Origin: the human T2T-CHM13v2.0 reference genome, Homo sapiens
DNA: 64,000 nt
Direction: 5' to 3' (one strand)
Assembly (NCBI RefSeq): GCF_009914755.1
Contig: NC_060941.1
The notes beneath the pieces are model-generated. The model was not told the origin of the DNA and did no database searches. It saw only the letters and a list, made by a program, of their open reading frames with translations. Shown here piece after piece: positions 52,453 to 64,000 of the stretch. Numbering within the stretch: position 1 is the stretch's first letter; every line of letters starts with the position of its first letter. The position numbers and the translations under genes are program-made.

Positions 52453-52539
52453 AGGCTTGCTGAAATTATCTTTAAATAAGTTGTTAAAAGACCACCAACA
52501 CATTGAACGGCTTTCTCTTGCTCCCTAGCTGCATGATAT

Positions 52540-53350
52540 TGCTTCGAGTTTGTTTCGGTGTGAGCAATCTGAGTCGCCGGACCCTCTCGAGTCTGACTTT
52601 CACTCTGACAATCGGTCCGTGGCTTTACGAATCTGAATCGGAGTCCCCTTGATAGCTCCGCTGGGGAACAGCAAACTACGAGGTTCAAATGGTGGCTCTC
52701 GGGACTTAGTGAGGATCCAGGGATGTGGGCTTCCTAAAGCCCCGAACCTCCCACACTGCAGACTATCCCTCGCATAGCGGGAACAAGAGTAACAACCCCC
52801 TTACACCCCTCTGCTCCCGGGACCCACTGGCTGCCCGTCGCTGACGCCCCCTGGCCGCTGATTGGCTTCCCCTGACAGTGGGCGGAACGCGGCCCCGGAT
52901 TGGATATCCATTCGCCGTCCCTCATCCGGCACCTGCGTGCACTCTCCGGCGTCCCAAGTGAGTGGAGGGGGGATCCCGACTCCAGTCCGGGGCCTTGGCC
53001 AGCGGAGCCGCGGTATTCGGAAGCGGGAATCCCACTCAGAGCCCGGGCCTGTAGGGGCGGGGCGTCCCGGGCACCCGGGATTGGGGCGTCTCCCGTCGTG
53101 CACCGGGGCACCGGCGACTCACCCGGAAGGAGAAGCCGTGATCTGGCTATATGGTGGGGCGCGGGCGGTGTCGCTGTGGGGAGCTGGTGCTGTTCTCAGG
53201 TGAGAGGGCGTGGGCGGGGCCTGGGGAGTGGGTGCTGCTCTCCTGTGAGGGGGCGTGGGCTTGAGCGTCAGTAGTGGCACTCGGGATGGTGGCATCGCTT
53301 TACATCCTAGGGAGGGACTCTCTTACCACCCGGAATTAAGGCAAGGGCTT
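52540..53350. promoter_or_regulatory. SNX11: SNX11 CpG-island promoter
   Basis: CpG-rich; inverted CCAAT boxes at 52861, 52899, 53080; GC box 53054-53063; ETS-type CCGGAAG at 53123. Confidence 0.85.
53105..53199 (+). other. SNX11: SNX11 non-coding exon 1 (TSS approximate, may start further upstream)
   Basis: CAG|gtgaga donor at 53199/53200. Confidence 0.7.
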
Positions 53351-54272
53351 GCTCGGGATCCAAGAAAGGAAACCCGGCTTTTCAGTTTACCTTCAAAGTG
53401 TATCTTTCACTTCCTACCCCCCAAGCTTAATCGGAAAGAAAGAAGGACCATGTGGACCTTTCGGTCCTAGTTTGTTGAGAATGGAGAAAGAGTGGCCGTA
53501 GTAAAAGACTCTGGGGACATTTACTTAAATGGCTAAGACTGGGGGCAATGGCGAGTATTTTACGTGGACACGGGAGACTTGGCGGTAGATTGTGGTCGCC
53601 TTTGTTACTTACCTTCCAAGTGAAAGGCGTACGATTAGAGATGGACAAAAAGATGGAGCATAACTGCTTGGTTGAGATCACACAGAGCTTGGTCAGAACT
53701 GGGAGCTTCCTCTGTTTAGTACCTGTGATATTTATAATTGGAGCGAGAGCTTTTTGAATTGCTTTCTGCCATCTGGCACTAAAGGCTCAAGATTGAGTAA
53801 GAAGGGACGGTAGTCTCAGTAGTTCCATCTACTTTTATCACCTGATTTGTTTCTTAACCTGTCTCTTGAAGTTGTTTAAATGGGAGAGAAAATAAATGGT
53901 GAGACTAAAGCCTTGCATTGTTACTATATTAGAAAGCTTTACGATGAATCTACTTTGTAAACAGCAAACAATCGGGTACTCACCAGAGCTACTGGTGCTG
54001 GTACAGGTGAAGAAAGTAAAGGAAACTTCAGATGTGGTTGAAAGGGCCCAGAAAATGTAGTTAACACTAAGTTATGTAACTAGCTATGGTCACTGACTCT
54101 AGCCTTATTTGGATGAAGTACAGATCCATCTCCCAGATCAGAGAACTAAAGTTAGGAACTTCCTGCTGCTTCTCCAGAGGCAGAACTGAGCTTTTTCTTT
54201 TGAGGAGTGGTATCTGTGGGGAGGAATCTAATGGAGAAGAGTGGTTGCTAGAAATTACTACTTGGTGTCTAG

Positions 54273-55160
<888 letters not shown>

Positions 55161-56583
55161 GGAGGTTTTTAAAAAGCCAGTTCATAGCTATTTGTTTCTG
55201 AGTGGTATTGGCCCCAAAGGAAAGAAGAATTTCTTCATGAAGGTAGTGCAGGGCCCTATACAAACTTCCTGAGACCAAGGGTATGATGATCATTTCGTTC
55301 CTAAATTATGGTCCTGAATTTGACAAACCTTTTTCAAGGCACAAAAGATGTATGAGAGTGGATGACTGTGATTTCCTTGTCATCGTCTTTCCCGTTGTTA
55401 GTTTTGTTTAAAGACACTTCAGAATATTTAACTCTCTGCTCCTGTGCTGGCAGTTTATCCAATGCCTGCAAAGAGAAGAGAAAAAAAAAACTTAAGGAGG
55501 TTCATTGTTCACAGCAAATAGGTCTGCTCTTTTTGGTCTCAGACATTTGACTGATATCTGGAATGTTATATATGGGTTGTTATGGAATTGGAATTTCCCA
55601 CCTTTCAGTTCAGGACCCCTTGGAGGTGGTGGCTGCATCAGATAAAAATCAGATTGTCAGCAAGAATACCATTTAAGATGGTACTGAAATCACAAAACCT
55701 TAGGTTTGCTCAATATTGTGTAGCCCAATTTTGTCATGGACCATGCAGCTTCGTTTCTGCATGCAGTGTTTGTCTGTGGAGATACTTCTGGTATATTGGA
55801 GAGAATTGAAAAAGTGGTTTGCTTTGCTAATTTCATGGTGTAAATGAGTTCCCCTTCTTTTGAAATGTTAGCCTTGTGTTAGCAAAACATAAAATAGAAG
55901 GAAACTCATTACACAGTGTTCTAATGGTAAGGCAGAACTAATAAGAGAATGTGTTTAAAATTAATTGTGGGACTGTAAAAATGAGTGGGTATGTGAATGA
56001 GTACGGGATGGGGGAGGAGAGGGAGGGCTTAGAGATATTAGAGATAGTCTTGTTTTCCCAGGAGCCAGCCTGGATCATTTGTTGGCAGTACATATTGGCT
56101 GAAGTCAGTTTTCATTTCAAGGTAAATTGGAAAGGGAAATTAAACCTTATTGTTTCTCTCTTAAGAGAGAAGGGGGTGGAGGCGGCAGCCAGGGTGGATG
56201 CTGTTGGAATAGTTGTAGAAGTAACAAGATTAGTGCTGTATTTTAACAGAAGGTGACATCATGGGCCCCATTGGACTTGAGTAACCCCGTGCTGCAGCCT
56301 TCATGGTCCCCTTGTCGGAGTGGGTGATGTCGCTATACACGTGAACTGCCACATTGGGGAAAATCAGGGGCTGAGGCTTTAATGAATCTTTACAAAGGAG
56401 CAGAACGCATCCTGAGTCGACCTGTGCAGCTGTGGGGTGCTTGGACAGAAGTACAAACCGGATGGCATGTCAGGAGAGGAAGTAATTAGAACAATTGGCT
56501 CGGGTTCCAGAGTATGGATTGGATAAGGGGAAGGTCCCAACTGGGCAACCCACTCAGGTGCTCCTTGGAGTGCTCTAGCTCTA

Positions 56584-57036
<453 letters not shown>

Positions 57037-57399
57037 TCACCAGACCCTGTTGTGCCTGCATTCTTCAAGGCAAAAGTTTTACATCTGGACCCGCCTGTTC
57101 TGGCTGCGTGTGACAAACTTTCTGTAGACTCCAACACGCTTTGGGGAGAGGTGGCCTAGTTGAGGGCCTGGTCTGAGAAGGGAGGCAAATCCCCCAGGGC
57201 CTTTTAGCTTGGCATTGAGCTAATGGGGATTTTTTTTTTGCTTCCTCTTAAGTTTTACAAGAACAAAAAGTGTTGCCTGGGTTTCCCCACGGGGGTCTAT
57301 TAAAAACTTTCGGGGTTTTCCCTGGTAAAGAATGATAAGAACAGAGGCATACTAACCTTGATCCTGTATCCTCTGTCCCTCATCAGATGTTTCCTTCCA

Positions 57400-57441
57400 A
57401 TGGGCTTTTGGTGTAGGATGTCGGAGAACCAAGAACAGGAG
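57400..57441 (+). CDS. SNX11: SNX11 first coding exon (MGFWCRMSENQEQE); exon starts at 57387
   Basis: catcag|ATG acceptor, GAG|gtaaga donor. Confidence 0.92.
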
Positions 57442-57659
57442 GTAAGAGTATGGTCTGCAGAGAACAGGTGGGTAAAAGTTGGAGAGGGGATTTAGGAGGA
57501 AAGAGGACATAGAGATGCAAATCATTAATTATTACCTGCAGTATTACTTTGGTGGTTCTGATGAGCTCAGAATAAAGTCAGGAGAAAGAAATCAACAGCA
57601 GAGGCATTCCTAGGAAATTGGGGTTCCATTCTGACTAAATTTTCCTTTGATTGGAATAT

Positions 57660-57850
57660 ACTGGAATGTAAGCTTCATGGGGGCAGGCACTTACGTCTCT
57701 TGTTCATGCTTTATCCCCAGTGCCTATAACAGTGTCTGACACGTAGTGGGGCTCAGTAAAAATTTGTTGAATTGAGTGACTGAATTGAGTGAATGAAAGT
57801 TGAATTGAATAAATGAAAGTTGGTGTTGAGTGAATGAAAGTTGGTGTTGG
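57660..57850 (+). mobile_element. L2 3' end with duplicated TGAA-rich tail
   Basis: gaatgtaagcttcatgggggcagg...ccccagtgccta...gtagtggggctcagtaaaaatttgttgaat. Confidence 0.75.
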
Positions 57851-57929
57851 GTGGAAAAATCTAGCGACCTGTGTTGTCAGAGCTGCCTTGCTGTGTAGCT
57901 GAAGCTGAGGGAGCTTTTCTTACCTACAG

Positions 57930-58016
57930 GAGGTGATTACAGTGCGTGTTCAGGACCCCCGAGTGCAGAATGAGGGCTCCTGGAACTCTTATGTGGATTA
58001 TAAGATATTCCTCCAT
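57930..58016 (+). CDS. SNX11: SNX11 coding exon (EVITVRVQDPRVQNEGSWNSYVDYKIFLH; start of PX domain)
   Basis: ctacag|GAG acceptor, CAT|gtgagt donor; 87 nt. Confidence 0.96.
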
Positions 58017-58105
58017 GTGAGTACATCAAGCTTCTGTATTGGGGTCAGCGCTCTGCAGGGCTGAGGGGCTTGTACTGAGGTGTAACCTTTTTTTTTTTTT
58101 TTTGA

Positions 58106-58409
<304 letters not shown>

Positions 58410-58656
58410 TGAGTGTTTCTGGTGGACCCGAGACAGAAGACTTAGAAGAAAGGGAGGGAGGAAAGGAAAGAGAGCTTGAGGTATGTCTTTGAGTTGCTTT
58501 TGGGCTGCCTGGTGGCACCTTGTTCTAGTTGGGGACCTGATCAGGTCTGTGGCCTGATGGCATGGCTCCTCAGTGAAAGCAATGATAGGGAGCTCATGTG
58601 AACTTGTCTATTTCCACTAAACCCTTTTCATGTACTTCATGTGCTTTCATGTATAG

Positions 58657-58757
58657 ACCAACAGCAAAGCCTTTACTGCCAAGACTTCCTGTGTGCGGCG
58701 CCGCTACCGTGAGTTCGTGTGGCTGAGAAAGCAGCTACAGAGAAATGCTGGTTTGGT
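58657..58757 (+). CDS. SNX11: SNX11 coding exon ([34 protein letters not shown]; PX RRY motif); gene continues beyond the window
   Basis: tatag|ACC acceptor, GT|gtgagt donor; 101 nt. Confidence 0.96.
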
Positions 58758-58926
58758 GTGAGTTTGCTCTTGCTTCCTTCTTGGGTCTGTGACTGGCTTT
58801 TTGGGTGCTTATATAGGAACTGGAGTTGACAATGAAGAGAACTTGCAACATACCAGGCACTAAGGAAATTGGGAAATATGTTGTTTCTTTTTTTGTTTTT
58901 TGGGTTTTTTTTTTTTTTTGACATAG

Positions 58927-59085
<159 letters not shown>

Positions 59086-60344
59086 TAGAGATGGAGGTCT
59101 CCCTATGTTACTAGGGTGGTCTTGAACTCCTGGGCTCAAGCAGTCCTCCTGCCTTGGCCTTCCAAATTGTTGGGATTACAGGTGTGAGCCACCAGGCCCG
59201 GCTGGGAAATAATGTTTTTTTTTTTTTTGAGATGGAGTCTTGCTCTGTTGCCCAGGCTGGAGTGCAGTGGCATGATCTCATCTCACTGCAACCTCCACCT
59301 CCCAGGTTGAAGCAATTCTCTCTGCCTCAGCCTCCCAAGTAGCTGGGATTACAGGTGCCCACCACTATGCCTGCCTAATTTTTGTATTTTTAGTAGAGGT
59401 GGGGTTTGTCCATGTTGGCCAGGCTGGTCTCAAATTCCTGGACTCAAGTGATCCACCTGTCTCGGCCTCCCAAAGTGCTGGGATTACAGGCGTGAGCCAC
59501 CACTCCTGGCTGGGAAATATGTTCTTTTTTTTTTTTTTTGAGACTGAGTTTTGCTCTTGTTGCCTGGGTGCGATCTCGGCTCACCGCAACCTCCACCTCC
59601 CGGGTTCAAGAGGTTCTCCTGCCTCAGCCTCCTGAGTAGCTGGGATTACAGGCATGCGCCACCACTCCTGGCTAATTTTGTATTTTTAGTAGAGATGGGG
59701 TTTCTCCATGTTGGTCAGGCTGGTCTCGAACTCCTAACCTCAGGTGATCTGCCTGCCTTAGCCTCCCAAAGTTGCTAGGATTATAGGCGTGAGGCACCAT
59801 GCCCAGGCCTTCTTTTTTTTTTTTTTTTTGAGATGGAGTCTCGCTCTGTCGCCCAGGCTGGAGTGCAGTGGTACAATCTCGGCTTACTGCAACCTCCGCC
59901 TCCCGGGTTCAAGCAGTTCTCTGCCTCAGCCTCCCGAGTAGCTGGAATTACAGGGGGTTACCACCATGCCCAGCTAATGTTTTGTATTTTTAGTGGAGGT
60001 GGGGTTTTACCATCTTGGCCAGGCTGGGTTTTTTTTGCTTTTTTTTTTTTTTTTTTGAGACAGAGTTTCACTTTGTTGCCCAGGCTGGAGTGCAGTGACA
60101 CCCTCCACCTCCCAGGCTCAAGCAATTTTTGTGCCTCAGCCTTCCGAGTAGCTGGGATTACAGGCGCCTGCCACCACGCCTGGCTGACTATTTTGTATTT
60201 TAGTAGAGATGAGGTTTTACCACGTTGCCCAGGCTGGTGTCGAACTCCTGAGCTCAGGCAATCCACCCATCTCCGCCTCCCAAAGTGCTAGGATTACAGG
60301 TGTGAGCCACTGCGCCCAGCCTGGGCAGGCTGGTCTTAAACTGA

Positions 60345-60741
<397 letters not shown>

Positions 60742-61502
60742 TCAAGTCAGTGAAAAAAGTAGAATCTAATTTCGAGTATTTTTACCTAACAAAGCCATAC
60801 TAACATCAAAAATATTTTTCTTTCTTTATATGCATATATGTCTAGAGCTCAACAAATATACAGCTAACATTTTAAACAGTTTAAATCTGCTTATCAGAAA
60901 ATTTTAAGCACCTGGACTTATTTGACAGATAGTGTTTCCATCCACTTCACATGTAAAAATAATGATTTTTTTTTCTCTTTTAATACAGAGGTCCTTTTCC
61001 AGAGACATATGAGAGCCTAGGGAAGGCAGTTATTATTTACTCCTCACACCCACCTGCCAAATAAGTCCTGAAAGTGGAGAGAATTACAACAGTGATTTTG
61101 CTGTAGGATGGTCACTGAATACTCAGTGGTGATAGGTGGCCTGTTGAGTGACCAAGTCAGTTAGTTAACATGTGGAACTGATGAGGCTGTTGTCCTGGGG
61201 CAGGCCCTAATAAACCAGGTGAAACTCCGTTCCCCTGACAAATCCTATATCCTCCAGCCTGGCCTGTTTTTTTTTTGTTTTGTTTTTCTTTTTCTTTCTT
61301 TTTTTTTTTTTTGAGACAGAGCTTAGCTAAGTGAGCCTCTGCCGGTCGCGGTGGCTCACGCCCAGCACTTTGGGAGGCTGAGGCAGGTGGATCATGAGGT
61401 CAGGAGTTCAAGACCAGCCTGGCCAAGATGGTGAAACCCCATCTCTACTAAAAATACAAAAAACTAGCCGGGTGTGGTGGCAGGTGCCTGTAATCCCAGC
61501 TA

Positions 61503-61625
<123 letters not shown>

Positions 61626-62427
61626 CTACAAAAAAATGTGAGCCTCAGCAGCCTCAAACGCCTGGGGTCAAGGGATTCTCCCACTTCAGCCTCCCAAGTA
61701 GCTGGGACTACAGGTATGTGCCACCATGCTCAGCTAATTTTTGTATTTTTTGTAGAGAAAGGTCTCACTTTGTTGCCCAGGCTGGTCTCTCAAACTCCTT
61801 GGCCTCAAGTGATCCTCCTACCTCAGTCTCCCAAGTTGTTGGGATTACAGTTGTGAGCCACTGCGTCCCACTCCAGTTTCTTCCTTTTTAAAAATAATAG
61901 TTGATGGTGGGTGTGGATTTCTTTTTTCCTTTTTTTTTTTTTTTCTGAGGCGGAGTCTTGCTCTGTCACCCAGGCTAGAGTGTAGTGGTGCAATCTCGGC
62001 TCACTGCAACTCCCAGGTTCAAGGGATTCTTCTGCCTCAGCCTCCTGAGCAGTTGGGATTACAGGTGTACACCACCACGGCTGGCTAATTTTTGTATTTT
62101 TAGTAGAGTCGGGGTTTCACCATTTTGGTCAGGCTGGTCTCCAACTCCTGACCTCATGATCTACGTGCCTTGTCCTCCCAAAGTGCTGCTATTACAGGTG
62201 TGAGCCACTGCGCCTGGCCTTTTTTTTTTTTTTGAGATGGAGTCTTGCTCCTGTCCCATCCTGCAGGCTGGAGTGTTTGCAGTGGCACGATCTCGGCTCA
62301 CTGCAACCTCCACCTCACAGGTTCAAGTGATTCTCCTTCCTCAGCCTCCTGAGTAGCTGGGATTACAGGGGTGCACCACCATGCCCTACTAATTTTCTTT
62401 TCTTTTCTCTTTTTTGTTTTTTTTTGA

Positions 62428-62844
<417 letters not shown>

Positions 62845-62979
62845 TGATCCCCACCCACCTCGGCCTCCCAAAGTGCTGGGATTACAGGCGTGAGCCACCG
62901 CGCCTGGCTGTTTTTTTTTTTTAAAGGAGAGATGAGGTTTCACCATGTCGCCCAAGCTGGTCTTGAACTCCTGAGCTCA

Positions 62980-63186
<207 letters not shown>

Positions 63187-63439
63187 CTACAGATACATAA
63201 GTAAACAAATAAATAAATTAGGTGCACACAGTGGCACGTACCGGTAGTCATAGTTATTCTGGGAGGCTGATGCAGGAGGATTACTTGATCCCAGGAATTT
63301 GAGGCTGCGGCGAGCTATGCTCACGATTATGCTACTGCACTCCAGCCTGGGCAACCTGGAGAGAGCAGCTTGGAAAGCAATACCTTGTCTCTAAAATCAA
63401 ACAGACAAAAATAATGTATCAGCATGGGTTTTATAGTCA

Positions 63440-63630
63440 TAGATCTGGTTCTGATATGAGCTTTGCTGCTTATTAGCTGTGTAACAGTGAGACATTTACT
63501 TAACTTCTCTGATCTGAAGTGAGTTAATATCTTTCTCACGGGGTTTTGGGATGACTAAATGAAATCATGTTTATAAAACATTTAGCACAGTCTGGCTTGA
63601 CACTTGGCATGCAGTCAATGTTAGCACCAC
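63440..63630 (+). mobile_element. MIR relic
   Basis: gcttattagctgtgtaac...ttacttaacttctctg...taaatgaaatcatgtttataaaacatttagcacagtctggc. Confidence 0.75.
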
Positions 63631-64000
63631 CCCTTATTAAAAGCTAATTGGGGCCAGGCACGGTGGCTCATGCCTGTAATCCCAGCACTTTGGGAGGCCG
63701 AGGCAGGCAGGGATCACGAGGTCAGATCAAGACCATCCTGGCTAACATGGTGAAACCCCGTCTCTATTAAAAATACAAAAAATTAGCTGGGTGTGGTGGC
63801 CTGCACCTGTAATCCCAGTTACTCGGGAGGCTGAGGCAGAGAACTGCTTGAACCCGGGAGGCAGACGTTGCAGTAAGCCGAGATTGTACCACTGCACTTC
63901 AGCCTGGGCGACAGAGTGAGACTCCATCTCAAAAAAAAAAAAAAAAGCTATTTGTATTGATTAGACCTCTTTTTAAGGGATTTCCTTGATCAGAGGCCGG

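Noticed and set aside
53965-54006. Possible extra SNX11 5'UTR exon (aacag|CAAAC...TACAG|gtgaag)
   Set aside because: Weak pyrimidine tract and donor; cannot be supported without transcript data

Overview
Human (or great-ape) genomic DNA matching the 17q21.32 NFE2L1-CBX1-SNX11 locus, identified from the translated exons. It holds the last four coding exons and 3'UTR of NFE2L1 (NRF1/TCF11, + strand) and the complete CBX1 gene (HP1-beta, - strand; 4 coding exons, 558 nt, 185 aa, plus a non-coding exon 1 in a CpG island). It also holds the CpG-island promoter, first exon and first three coding exons of SNX11 (+ strand). The rest is extremely Alu-dense (roughly 90-100 copies or fragments by eye), with a solo LTR12-family LTR, Tigger3a, Charlie1, MER5, MIR and L2 relics and a U6 snRNA pseudogene. 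I see no new protein-coding gene or prokaryote-type system; nearly all other ORFs in the track are Alu- or CpG-island-derived. The most interesting unexplained signals are a stop-free 450-nt CBX1 exon 2-4 circle that could be translated endlessly, a candidate CBX1 poison exon, an overlapping uORF in SNX11, polarised same-site Alu arrays, and a complex templated insertion inside a MER5 element. Exon coordinates were read base by base; repeat boundaries are approximate.
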